NCBI RefSeq assembly: GCF_036321535.1 | Contig: NC_087436.1 | Location: 34,846,001-34,910,000, forward strand | From: Camelus dromedarius | Taxonomy: Eukaryota | Reading direction: 5' to 3' | DNA length: 64,000 nucleotides | Shown here: positions 24,417 to 37,590 of the stretch, piece by piece | Layout of the letters: every line of letters starts with the position of its first letter | Numbering within the stretch: position 1 is the first letter of the stretch | Notes under the pieces: model-generated | Databases searched by the model: none | The model's input: only the letters and a program-made list of their open reading frames with translations | What the model was told of the DNA's origin: nothing | Program-made: the position numbers and the translations under genes

Positions 24417-25911
24417 AGGTCAGAGGATGAGTTGAGAGAGGCCAAGGAACGTTGACAGATGAATGTCTGATTCAAATCAAAGATGGAAAGAAAGCCAATG
24501 TCAAAAACATGAAAACTCAAGTTCAAAAGGACTAGAGGATAGGGATTAGGGACAGACAGCTGAAAGATCTGGGCTTTGTGGATTCAGAGAGGTCAAGGTG
24601 CTGCTGACGGTGCAGATGTTGGGGGGTTCTCAACCCCTGATTGTCGCTTGTCGCTGGTACAGATCAGGCAGACTTATGACACCAAGAACAGGGTGGACAT
24701 TTTGTCAGTTTATGCCTCATCTGTTTGGTAGACCTTGAAGAATTATATAAAGGTATTTGTGAAGAAGATACAGGAATAGATTGAGTTCAGGCAGAGCTCA
24801 GTTTGGGATTCAACCAAGAGATCAGCTTCATGCCACTGCCTAATGACACAGCCCTTACCCATGATGCTGCTCTTAATGAGCTGTTCTTTGGTATGAGTTC
24901 CCACATAGCATGGAGGCCCTTCATAATTTCCTATGAAGGATGCAGACTGTGGCCAGTGTGCTTTGAAATATTTTCCCCATGGAGCCTAACTATGCATGAT
25001 ACAGATGTCTTCTCCGTCCAAGCTTACAGGTACTTCTTGGGAGAAAAAAAAAAAAAAACATTCTTTGCCAATGTAGGTCCCAGCCCTTCCCACAGGGCAA
25101 TGAAGAGAGTACAAGGATGGGACCTGAGCCAAGAGTGACAGCCTGGAACCTTAATGGGAGAAGATGGGCAATTGTGGGCAACGCCCCTGCTTATCCTGCC
25201 CATTATCTCTCTTGTAATGTGCCTCTCAAGAATATTTGAAGAAACAGTTCTTGACTTCTGTTTTAAAAATATGTCAATGGCTTAAGGGTAAAAATTAGTA
25301 CCAAAGAAAAAATAGTCTGGAGGTTTATTTAAAGCAGTTAGCCCCCTTGCAAGTAGATTCTTCTACCTAAACAATTTTAAATATATATTTAAGGGAAAGA
25401 AAAACTTCTCAGCTAATTTTGAAAATTAAGCAATGGAAAGCTGACGAGACTATAAAATGAAACTTCTATTAAGCAGGAAATGTGTAATCACTTATAAAGT
25501 CATATAGAAGTTTATTCAAAGTATTTCCTCCTTTTTTTTGGAGTGACCTTATTTAAATCTTGAGTAATGGATTACTCACAGGACTTCATAATATATCAAG
25601 GAGAATTTTGACTTCATTGCACTAAGGCTGTTATTCAGGATATATTTCAGTCAAATACACTCTTCAGGGAACGCTTAAGAGTGAAGAGTTGAAGGTGATC
25701 CAGAATTTCCAATAGTTGAAAAGCAATTTTTAAATAAGAATAACTATTCCTCAAAGATCTGAAAATGCATATCTGGATCATTTTTTTCAATTAACTGTCA
25801 TTTTTTTCAATTAACTGATTTTTAGTTGGGAACATCATTTATCTCTGCAATGAATGTTGTTATAGTCCTGCTTAAAACAGTCATTTTTTTCATGTAAAAT
25901 TTATCTTGAAT

Positions 25912-26168
25912 CAATGATTTCCAAAGCCAGCTGGCCATCAGAATCACTGTAATCTGTAATCTTTTTCTTTTTTGGGGGGTGGGGGGTGGGGAGGGGGTGC
26001 TAATTAGGTTTATTTATTTATTTATTTTAATAGAAGTATTAGGGATTAAACCCAGGACCTCATGCATGCTAAGCACGTGCTGTACCGCTGAGCTATACCC
26101 TCCCTGTCAGAATCACTTTAGCAGCTTCCCAGTATTTTCTGAAAATCAGCCACGCTTGTGAAGCACTG
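25912..26168. mobile_element. Internally deleted MER5-like hAT DNA transposon relic hosting a SINE
   Basis: Degenerate TIRs caatgatttccaaa ... ttgtgaagcactg, and the MER5-typical catcagaatcac. Confidence 0.5.
25962..26104 (-). mobile_element. tRNA-derived SINE (camelid vic-1-like), antisense, with TSD
   Basis: Reverse complement of the 21384 element (cccaggacctcatgcatgctaagca...ctgagctataccctccc). Flanking duplication tcagaatcact at 25938-25948 and 26107-26117. Confidence 0.85.
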
Positions 26169-26649
26169 CTTTGGGTCATCTAGTTCCTTCTTTAACAGAA
26201 TGATTCAGAAAACTTAGCTGCAGTCACATGACAGATCTTCGTAAGCCAAGCTGCATGATTTCCCACGCCAACCCCAACCTCTAAGAGTTTTAGGTTCCAC
26301 TTTTCACATCGATTATTCTGACATTTTTCCTTCCCCACAAGGGGAATCTACAGTGAACTTGGATTATTTCAAAGGACAGTGGATCATATTTCCTCCTTCA
26401 ATCTGTCATGCTATGAACAGAGACGCTTCTGTTCTCCTGTCAGAGATCAGTATAGCACACAGCAGTGTATAACCCAGTTGTAAGCAAGTTTTTTATCCAG
26501 TTTTTCAAGTGAAGAGAGATAACCATGCTATGTGAAAATACAACCATAACACATATGAAACACATTATGAACCTTGAATGTGCATAGACTAAACCATATC
26601 ATTGAGTTCCTGACTGTAAGCATATCTAAATATCTAAAAGGTTTGTTTC

Positions 26650-27030
26650 TGTATGAAAAAATCAGTCTAAGAATTAGAGCAAGAATTTGTTCAATGGCAA
26701 GCAAACTCTTTATTTTACTTGCAAAAATGTTTCAGAGTTTTTGTGTATTCTTTACCTGAATTCTCCCAATGATAACATATTACATAGCCATAGTACATGT
26801 ACTAAAACCAGGAAATTGATATTGAAACAATTGTTGAAAGCTACAGAGCTTATTTGTAGTTCACAGGGTTTTTGTGTACTTTCTTCATTTTCTATAGTTC
26901 TACGAAATGTGATCACATACAGATTCATATATCTGTATATGAATCACTCCAATCACTATACAGAACTGTTCCATCATCCCCAAGAGACTGTCTCCCACTC
27001 TCCTTTTATAGCCACTTTTCCCATAAACCA
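26650..27030 (-). mobile_element. Old L1MC-like 3' end, antisense
   Basis: ttctcccaatgataacatattacatagccatagtaca...aaaaccaggaaattgatattg; resembles 15290-15560. Confidence 0.55.
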
Positions 27031-27094
27031 AGCCTCTAGTCGCTACAGTGACAAAAGAATTCACAAACAATTTTGATTTAAAAACTAATGGAGC

Positions 27095-27672
27095 CTTATC
27101 TCAAAAAGACACATGTACCCCAATGTTCATAGCAGCACTATTTACAATAGCCAAGACATGGAAATAGTCTAAATGTCCATCAAGCGATGAATGGATAAAG
27201 AAGCTGTGGTATATTTACATAGTGGAATACTACCCAGCCATAAAAAATAATAAAATAATGCCATTTGCAGCAACATGGATAGACCTGGAGAATGTCATTC
27301 TAAGTGAAGTAAGCCAGAAAGAGAAAGAAAAATACCATATGATATCACTCATATGTGGAATCTTAAAAAAAAGAAAAAAGACAAACAAATTTATTTATAA
27401 AACAGAAACAGACTCACAGACATAGAAAACAAACCCATGGTTACCAGGGAGGAAGGGGGTGGGAAGGAATAAGTTGGGAATTCGAGATTTGCAGATACTA
27501 ATATATAAAAAAATAGATAAACAACAAGTTTATACTGTATAGCAGCGGGAACTCTATTCAATATCTTGTAGTAACTTATTGTGAAAAAGAAGCATTATGC
27601 TGTACAGAGATCAACACAACATTGTAAACTGACGATACTTCAATAAAAATATATTAAAAAATAAAAAAATAA
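27095..27672 (+). mobile_element. 5'-truncated L1 (ORF2 C-terminus, 3' UTR and poly-A)
   Basis: ORF 27222-27425 (MEYYPAIKNNKIMPFAATWIDLENVILSEVSQ) is the L1 ORF2 C-terminus. A-rich tail at 27643-27676. Confidence 0.9.
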
Positions 27673-28029
27673 AAACTCAACATTATTGAGTTAGATGTAT
27701 ATATTAAGTAATAAAATTGTCTAGCTTTGTGTTGAAAAGCCAATGATTATTTCTAGTTTAAACATGAAATGCAAGGCAGCAATTTCTCTGCCTGTTCTCT
27801 TCTGGATATTGTGCAAAAGTTACAAGATGAACACTGACAAAATCTTCATTTTCAATGATACTAGAAGACAGATAATTCACAGACTCCAACAAAAGAGTAG
27901 GATCTGCCTTGATCAGGTAAAAGCTCTCCAAACTTCCTGGGGAAAAGAGCAGCAAATATTGTCACAGGAAAGTGGATGCTAGATGGCCCAGTCACAACCC
28001 AGATAACCCAAACAAACGTATGCACGATC

Positions 28030-29300
28030 ATTTTCAGTTTCACACTACAGTGCAAAGTGAGCACTGCCTGTGCAAATTGATACCAAACCATGGCAACGCT
28101 TACATGAAAAGAAAATAATACACCAGCAGACTGATCTCACTTATTATTTTTGATGCAAAAACCTGAAGTAAATATCAGCAGTGGAAACCCAGACCACACT
28201 AAAAAATACTCTATCACAGCCAGCGGGGTTATTCAGGCAAGATTTAATATCTGTAAGTTATTAATATGGTAGTTCTCTTAATTACATACTTAAAAAGAAA
28301 AACATGTATTTCATGACATGAAAAGACACATGAGAAATTCCAACAATAGTTCATGATAAAAACACTACAGAAAAAGAAGAAAATATGTTTTTTAGTATAA
28401 AAGTCAGCTTTATGTTTAATAAAGAACTATGAGTTACCTTCCCACTGAAGTCAGAAAAAGCCAAGAAGATTCACTCTCACCACTATTAGTAATACTGTTC
28501 TGCCAACACAATTAGAAAAAGAAAAAGAAAAAAGAAAGGTTGAGTTTATAAAGAAGGTAAAGTAATCACTGTGTGCAAGGGCATCATATACTTGGAAAAA
28601 CCCAGATGAATCAACTGGAAAACCACCAGAGGCAATTAGAGACTTCAATAAAGCAATGAGGTACACAGTTGGTATATATTATCAGTAGTTTTCACACACA
28701 TAAAAAATAATCAAGTGGAACATATAGTAGAAGAAGTACACTAAAATGGCATTATTTGTCTATCAGAGTAACAAAAATCCCCATATTTGATATTTAAAAA
28801 ATCTTCTTTTTTAAAATCCATGAGAAAGTAGGCATCCTCATATATCACAGATGGGCATCAAACTGCTACAATCCCTCTGGAAAGCAATTTACTTACTTCG
28901 TAAGAAAACTGCAAATTCATTTACTCTTTCCTCTAGAAATCCCACTTTTATAGTTTACTTGCCGATACGCCTCAACATGTTTGATATGACAAAGGTACAA
29001 GTTTATTCACTGAAGCACTGTTATAATCTAAAGAGAGTTGGCAAACAAAATGAAAGCAGAGCAAAGGAATGAAAATTGAAACGGCAAGAAGTTTGAAAGA
29101 TAGGTCCATCAGTAGGAGACTGATTAAACAAATGACTGCCTGTCTGTACCATGGGACACTGCAAATAAAAATGAGATGCCTCTCTGTGTACTAACGTAAC
29201 ACCAAGGGAGCTCCAAGATATTTTGTCAAGTGAGGAAAAAAAGCTTAGTGCAGAACCGTGTGTCTGCATAAGAAAGATAACAAGATCAGTGTGAAACCAT
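28030..29300 (+). mobile_element. Ancient degraded L1 (L1ME-like) ORF2/3' fragments
   Basis: aaattccaacaatagttcatgataaaaac, aaactgctacaatccctctggaaagcaattt, gtccatcagtaggagactgattaaacaaat. Confidence 0.6.
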
Positions 29301-29689
29301 CCTTGCCAGCCACGAAGATACTGCTCACTCTGCTTACATACAGGAGAATGGGAACCCATGAAACCAAGGTGGAGGCAGACTTTTAAGCTGGTTACCTCTT
29401 ATTTATTTACCAAGTGAGTTTACTTCCAATTCAAAAAGAAAAGCCAGTGAAATAAAAAAAAATACAGTATTTTGAACTTATTTTCTAGATCAATATTTTA
29501 AAATACTGTGTTTTCACTAGAAGCACATTTTCATCATTTCCCTGCAGGTCAGTAGGCCCCGTTGACCAGTCTGCACATCGGCTGGGCTGGAACCACGCCG
29601 GGCGAGATGACTCATCAGGGCATCACTTCAGCGTACCCTGGTTGCAACTCCATGAGTTAGCTAAGGATGTGAAACTGTTTCCTGCCTGG

Positions 29690-29910
29690 GCAGCAGGTCT
29701 TGGGAAAGATGTGAACTTTTTAAGTCAGCCTTAATTTGAAATCCAAAATCTACCATTTCCTAGCACTATGACCTTAGGCAAATTGCTCAACCTCTCTTAC
29801 CTTCAGTTTCCTTTTCCCAAAATGAAGGTAATACCTTCACTAGGAGGTTGAGAAGGTTAAAGGCATTAATATGTAAAATATTTGTTGAGTCATAAAACAA
29901 ATGTTAGTTT
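29690..29910 (+). mobile_element. MIR SINE
   Basis: Core: tatgaccttaggcaaattgctcaacctctcttaccttcagtttcc. Confidence 0.75.
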
Positions 29911-32174
29911 CCTTTTCCTTTTAATTCCTGCACCCTTACCCCTCCCCACTGGCCAAGTTTAGCAAATGATATTCTAAATTAACTGGCTTGAATCAAATAA
30001 CTATCCCTTATTCATTCCTGAGTAACTTTTGTAGTGACGGATGATCACTAGAGATATTAATCATCTTAATATACATAGTTATTAGGTAATCATACCAATG
30101 ATTAAGTGTGAATAGTTCCTATTTAACTCTTTAGTCATATAAGATTTTGGCTTTTTCTGGTACTGTGACTAAGATTATGGAGACCGCCTATGCGTGTTCA
30201 GTCTAGGTTACTAGTTTAAATGAACAGCACATTCTTTCATAAAATGCTGACTGATTACTGGTTTATGGATTTGGGGGGACAAGTTAATTCCATCAAAACA
30301 GCTAAATGGATTTTTGTGTACAGACCTTTTCCGCCCCTGAATACTCAGGATTAGCTGTAGGATATATACTATATGCTTTGATTTAGTGACTAGAATAGCA
30401 CAAAATTTTATACCTCAAAAATGCCATGTCAGTAATGAAGGTAGAGATAAATAAGAAACAGACAAAAGCAGATTGAAAGCCAAACTAGTATTAGCAATAA
30501 GCTTTCTCTTCAAAGATTAATAAATATTCTGAACTATTCTACTTAGGAAAACGAACCCCCAGGTTGGGTCCTTCAGTGGGAACCTGTGATTTGTTTGGGG
30601 ATTACCAGGAAGATATTGCTGAGACTTGTAGAAACTAGCGATGAAACTCAGAGCTGGAAGTAGAAATTTACAGATGAGACATAGGCACACCCTTCTTCAA
30701 AGTGATAGCATTTGCTCCTCCAATTAAATTTCTGAAGACGTATTTTGAAATTTCATGTCATAAGTGAAATCATTATCTTTGAGAACAATCTAACAATCTC
30801 TAATGGAAATGGTATTGCAAGATTCGTATTGTGTTTGATTTAGCACAGAATCACAATTTTAAAAAGCCAAAGGAAAACAAAAATTATAATATGGACCAAA
30901 TGAACAAACCTAGCTTTCTCTTTTCTTTTCCTCTTGTGTTTACTGGAAGAAGACACTTTCACCAAGTTCTGAGAAAAAAGATGTCTTTAGAATCACATTG
31001 ACTGATAATAATAACATAAAATGGCCCATTCATTGTCCCTAAAAATTACTTAAAAATAGGATATGTACCAAGCAGAAAGGACCAGGGTTATTATTTTCAA
31101 TTTTTTTTTATTTGTAGTAAAAGCTTTCTTTATTTTTTTTTTCAGAGCCTTCCCTTAAAGGGCATATGCAGTTCCTATTAGCCTTTTTAACTTGTGCCTG
31201 CACTGAAGGTGAATTTTTTAAATCAAATTATAAACAGAAAAATCATAGTAAAAAGGAGGAAAAAAAAGTCACAGTAAAAGTCGTGTAAGAGGCACGAAGT
31301 CTCTTACAGAGCACGTTGTTGGAAGCATCACCTGTATTTGTATCTCTTTTAAGCCACAGGCAAAAACTTCCATCTATCCATCCCAGATTAAAGTATCAAC
31401 ACTTTGGAATTGTTGGGGGAAAATTAAACAGTACCTATCAGTTTTCTACAACAAGGAATTGAGACTTTTTCCTTTTCTTGTTCATTGCAACACATTTTAA
31501 TATTTTTCCCAAGAAAAGGAGAGTTCTTTTAAGACACGCAGTTAGTGAGCCTGGGAATTTGAGGAGATAACCAGCAGGAGATGGCACCCTTGCTGCTCCC
31601 TTGATTGTGGGAAGTTAACCCTGTAATGGCTTTAGGGGATGGAGCCATCTGGTTTTACAGTTCATTACCCCTTCACTCTCAGGAGCAACACATCCTGTAA
31701 GGAGTTGCTCTTTGCTTGCTGAGCAGTTCACAACAGAAACTAACAATGGGATTAAATTCATTCTGCTGCCCTGCAGGTTTCCATCCTCAGGGTGCCCTCC
31801 ATTTGAAGAATACTAACATCATCAGCTCAGGAGTTGGGGAAATGAGAACAGCAGGCAGAACACATGGGTGTAAAGCAATCAGAAGATGTGTTTGCAAAGA
31901 AACAGCCTACTTAGGACAAGGCCAATAGTCAAAGCGAGAAACAGAGCCTGTCCCTGCTAACACCATCACAGTGGATACTCAGAGGGCAGGCAGCCTTTGG
32001 GACGTGACCAAAGAAGGTGGGGAGAAAACCCTTTCCTTGGGAATCCATGAATTTTGGTTAAAGTCTAACTTAGTAGTTTTCTTTCTTCTTTAAAAAAAAA
32101 AAAAGAAAAGAAATATCTTGTAAATTGCAGACCCTCCAGGCACTCTCCCCTCAGCCTAGGAGCTATGGGGAATA

Positions 32175-32385
32175 GACTGCTTACTAAGTGTTTATTGCCA
32201 GGGACAGGCTACGTGCGTGGTATGCAATTACTTTGCATTTAATCCTTACAAAATTTTATGAAATAAGTTATACTACCCATATCTTATGAATTAAGGAAAT
32301 AGTTTCAGAGAGGTTTAGTAGTTTGTTTATTGCCAGCAAAGTAAGTAAAAAGACAGAGCCATGATTTTGTATTTGTCATGACTGA
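32175..32385 (-). mobile_element. MIR SINE
   Basis: catttaatccttacaaaattttatgaaataag...gaaatagtttcagagaggttt. Confidence 0.6.
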
Positions 32386-33504
32386 ATATTAAGTTGAAGG
32401 AAGAGCTGAAGAAATAGGTGGCAATTTAGGGTCTATAGACAAGAGTCAAGAAAACCACGGTTGTAAAATGTGGAAAATAAAAAGTAAAAGGTGCCTTAAT
32501 AGTACCTCCAAATTCGTAAAATCTATAATGAAAATATTTCGTAGTTATTCTATACCTTTACATAGAGAAGATGAAAAAGGGGCACAATTTACATTAAAAA
32601 AAATGTGTAGTGTTAACAAATGATTTTTGTAATAGGAAGAATTTAAGGGTGACAATCTTTAGGAAATTAAAAAAAAAAGTACGATTTTGATGAAAAGATT
32701 TGCCTGAAAAGAGGATTTGGAAGAAAATTATCTCCTTATTATTGTCTTTTAATTATTCTCCCTTAATTATGAGATGGGCAAAGGTTATCTTGAAGACACA
32801 CAAGGGGAAGTGAACGAAGGGTCAGATGATCATGTGAGTGTTCTCTTGTTTTCTCAGGTATGTACCCAGGGACCTTCATTCCTCAGGAAAAGCTCCAGAG
32901 GATTCCGGACAAGTTTCAGAAAGTGAGACGCTGGCTTGTCATCAACAGGGCTTTGAGTGGGCAGGGAGAGGAACTGTTCCCATAGGCATTTGGTTGTCTT
33001 TGAATATAGGAGAGAACTAAGATGAAGGTGTGATAAGCTGCTATATATAAACTGATTTTGGAACAGGTCCTTGATACACACTCAATGCCCTTATCAAAAC
33101 AAGACAAAGCCAAACAAACAGAACACCAAATAAAAAACCAATTCACAACGGAAAGTGTTTTCATTCATTAAAACTACAACACCAAAGAAACATGTTCCTA
33201 CCTTTTCACAGCAATCCATCAATTAGCAAGGATAAATAAGGTACTGTTAGTTGCCTGTTAGTGAAACTTAAGGATTAATGGCTTTGTGTTTTCTGTTCAT
33301 GGGAAACCTGAATTGTATCCACTAAGGATTCAAATGCTAAATTGTAAAATCTCTTGCATGCATGCTTGATTCTTGGCAAAATTATCCTTAGCATCAATGT
33401 TAATTGTAGGCAGAACACTTAAGGAACATAAAACATCAAAAACTACATTTCCTAGGCCTCGACAGAAACCATTCCCTTGCAGTTCAATTTTTTTTAAAAT
33501 AGCA

Positions 33505-33690
33505 TACGATGTGTTGGAAAGAGCACTGAGTTACCAGGAGACCTGAAAAGTCATCTGTGCTCTGCTGCCCTTTGTTCCCTATTACTCCCTGAACCACTGC
33601 TCTATCATCTATGAACTGGGAATAGTATTTCCTCTTACTCCAGCTCTTCATGCTATTAGATGAAAATTCTTTACAAAGCATAAAGCAAGA
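33505..33690 (+). mobile_element. MIR/MIR3 SINE
   Basis: gtgttggaaagagcactgagttaccaggagacctg. Confidence 0.5.
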
Positions 33691-35671
33691 TACAGTATAT
33701 CTAAATTTTAGATACTATTGATTGATAATACTAGAGACTCAATTTAAATATTGTTTAAATGTTAATAAAATTAAAATGTTCAGAATTAAATTTGAGTAGT
33801 CTTAAATTTCAGTGTATTTCTGATAATCAGGTGACATGAAATCTCGAACATTTGTAAAGAAGAAAACAAGCAGGCAAAATGAAGAGAGAAAATTTTAAAG
33901 CCACCTTCAAATATTGAAAGAGAATTTACTTTTGTGACAATAATTGATAACCTGTTTGCATTTTGTTAAGGTCAGACTTCCTACGACCCTGGACTGTGGC
34001 AATATTGCTTTGGGTTTTCTGTCCTGTAACAGTTGGTATTGATTTGGGGGAGACTGCCTGATCTTTCGTATACCTACAGTTGACCTGTCACTTCTGTCTT
34101 TTCTTCCAGCTGAAACTTGAGGTCCACACCCACCCTCCACACTGCATTATGCACCAGCAAATAGTTTCAAAGCTTTCCTTAATTTTTTCGTAAGACTAGA
34201 AAAGGCACACATTCCTTGAAGAAGCTCAGTCAAAATAGAAACAGCCAGGAGCTTTAAACACACACTTTTTTTTTTTTCTAAAACATGCTTGTATCTCCTT
34301 TACTATGAAACAGTCTATTTCAATAAGCAACTGACACAGCATTCAAAAGCACATTTCCCCAAAAGAAGGTTCCAGTGACATTTCCAATTCATTTAATCAA
34401 GGATGAGAAGGAAATTGAATTTCTAGAATTGTTTTTAATAGCATAGTTTTTAATCCCCCAAATAAGCTTTTTCATATTGTTAGGGTTTTCTTCATAGTAA
34501 ATCCATTGCTGGCAACTCAGAGGGAAATGTACATTAAAGGAACAGACATACATTTTGCCCGAGGCACTTTAATTGATCTAAACAAAGGCTGGGCTCCAAG
34601 CATATGTACCTTTGGAGATCAGAAGACTGCAGCTGCTGGCAAATAAGTAGGTTTGGGGAATTCACCTTTGGGGAGGCCTGCAATGGCTGCTTAGGCCCCT
34701 TGAATTTTGTCAGTGGTTAGTGAGCAATCAAAACATTAGAACTCATGGAAATTTGCCTGAAACAGGCATGAACATACTGAGGTGTAAAATAATGATTAGT
34801 TCATGACTAGAGGTGTTGCCCTGGGTTTTTTGGGTCTCTTTTGGATTACCCTTAATGGGAGCAAAGAACACAAAGGATCTTCTCAACATGTACAGAGTTG
34901 TATTTCTCACGAAATATCAAAACTATCTCCTTACATCAGACTCAGGGCATGGGCTAGGCAGTGAGGTTAGAGCTCTGTGAAAGGAGCTGATAAAAGCCCC
35001 GGGTTGTAGACTCATTACAAACTTCACATCTGAATCTACTTTTCCAAAGATATGACAGGTTTGCAGAACTGTGTGGTCCTCTGCCCCACCACTCACAGAT
35101 GTGCATTCATTGTAAAAGTTATAATGGAGCCAAAATGGCTCCAATGCCCCGAACCCACTCTGACCCCACAGCACTGGAACCATCATGTTAAGACTGTTCT
35201 TTTATCTTTACCCTTAATTCCCTGAGCTGATCCGAATATAAGTCTTCTTCGATCAGTGTCCAAATTCAAATCAACTCTGAGGGATCTGGAAGAAGATGAG
35301 AGACAGGACCTCTCATTCCAGACCTAAAATGAACTTGTTCTTGGCTGAGAGGACAAGGATGACGGGCACAGACCCTTCATTAGAAAATGTGAGCACAGAT
35401 GGATGCCAGGCCTTCTAAACCAGAGGTAAGGGCCAGTTTTAGAAATATCTTCTTAAAGGAAAACATGAGTCTTAAGATATATTTGAAAACCTACTTCCTA
35501 GGAGTCATTTTCACAGGACAGCAGTGATACATTGCCTCAGATGGTTTCAGTAAAGCCTTGCAGAAAAGTCATGCTAACCAGACAAAAAGAAGCTAAGTTC
35601 TAACCAGGCCAGAGTTAGGAGCCCATAAAAGGAAGGTAATTTAATGGCCACTGATGACGAATACATTCATC

Positions 35672-36075
35672 TTGAGTCTTGTTGGTTTGCAAGCAAAAGA
35701 AATCCAGTCAAATTATCTCCAGGAAAGAGGGATCTTTATTGAAAGGTTGAATTGCCTAACCATAGAATGAAGGGGGACAGTTTAGCTTAAGGGGTGACTG
35801 AACCCAGGAACTTGACACTCTCTGGACTGTCCCTCTTCTGTTTGTAGATCAGTTTCTTGGTTGGAGTCTTCAAATCTCATAAAACTAGGGAAGGACTTCC
35901 TCTCTCCCTAGGGAAGAATTCAGAATGGCCCACCCTTGGATAAGTCAATTCTGGCAAGGAAGGTAGGGAACTATCATTGCCAGCAGTTGTAGAAATTCAA
36001 GGCAACGTAGAGAAACGAATAACTTTGCAAAGAAAGGGGATGAAATTCCCAGGAAGACACTAGTGCTGTGCAGTA
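35672..36075 (-). mobile_element. Degraded old MaLR (MLT1-type) LTR
   Basis: tcttgttggtttgcaagcaaaagaaatccagtc...tttattgaaagg; boundaries approximate. Confidence 0.4.
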
Positions 36076-36704
36076 AACCCAACTGGAAGGTGGAGAGCAC
36101 ATTGTAGAATGAGAAGAGCAACGCTCAACTGTGCTCACCTTGGTAAGGGGGATGCAGGACCAAGCAAGCAAATGCAGAGGTTAGAATGTGGGGAGAGGGT
36201 TGGGACTAACCGTTCTGACAGTTAGGGAAAAATCAGACAGTATCCTGTTCAGGTGACCTAGGAATTCATCAGAAGAAGAGCAACAAAGACTGCTCTTTAG
36301 AAATTAACTTATAGGCAGTGAGTGATTCAGGCCTTGAAACTGTGATGACTCAGGACTTCCCTGAAACTGCCAGTGGCCTTCAAAGGACCATGATCTCAGG
36401 GCTAGTGGGACCTTCTGGATCTTAAAAGTACTCCAGACTGTGGTGTTACTACCTGCTGCTTATCCACCTAAGGGCACCAGAACTTCCTTATCAAGTCAAA
36501 CCTAGGTTGGGTTTTATTTTCTGCAATTTCTCTGCATCTTTGACAGTACTTGTTCTTTTCTCTTTTTTCTTTATAGGAGCCATTAAACATTAGTAGTCAG
36601 GCACATTAAATCTAATTAGCCCTGATTTAAAAAAAAAAAAATTTCTTCTGTCTTTTGTTCAGAAAATGTAATGAATACATGTGCCTGGTTAAAAAAAAAG
36701 TTGT

Positions 36705-37590
36705 CTTTAGGCCAAGGTTTTAAATGAATATTTCTCCAGAGATGATACATGATGGCCAACAAGCGTGTGAAAAGATGCTCAACATCACTAATCATCAGAA
36801 AAACATAAATCAAGACCATGAAGAGGTATCACCTCACACCCAGTAAGATGGCTACTATAAAGAAAAATGAGAAAAGAACAAGTACTGTCAAACATGCAGA
36901 GAAATTGGAAACTTTGTGCATTGTCGGTGGGAATATAAAATGGTGCGGTTACCATGGAAAACAGTATGGTCATGCCTCAAGTAATTAAAAGTAAAATAAC
37001 CATATAATCCAGCAATCCCTTCTGGGTGTATATCCAAAAGAACTGAAAGCAGGATTAGAAGAGACATTGCACTCCTATGTTCATTACATCACTATTCACA
37101 ATAGCCAAGAGGTAGAAACAGCCCAAGTGTCCATCAGTGGATGAATGGGTAAACAAAATGTGGTATAAACACACAGTGGAATATTATGTAGCCTTAGGAA
37201 AGGAATTCTTCATTTGTAACAACATGAATAAATCTTCAGGACATTACACTAAGTAAAATAAGCCAGTCACACAAACACACACACAAAAAAATAGTCACAC
37301 AAACACACACAAAAAAACCTGAATACTATATGATTCTACTTAGATGAGGTATCTAGAGCAGCCAAATTTATATGCACAGAAAGTAGAATGATGATTGTCA
37401 GGGGCTTGGGTGTTGGAGCAGAAATGGGGACTTGTTGTTTAATAGGTACAGAGCTTTGATTTTGCAAGATGAGAAAGTGCTGGAGATTGGTTGCACAACA
37501 AAGTAAACATACTTCACACTACTGAACTGTACACTTAAAACGGTTAAGATGGTAAATTTTATGTTGTGCGTTTTTTACCACAATAAATAT
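36705..37590 (+). mobile_element. L1 (L1MA/L1MB-like) 3' portion
   Basis: atggccaacaagcgtgtgaaaagatgctcaacatcactaatcatcag... actgaactgtacacttaaaacggttaagatggtaaattttatgtt...caataaa. Confidence 0.9.
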
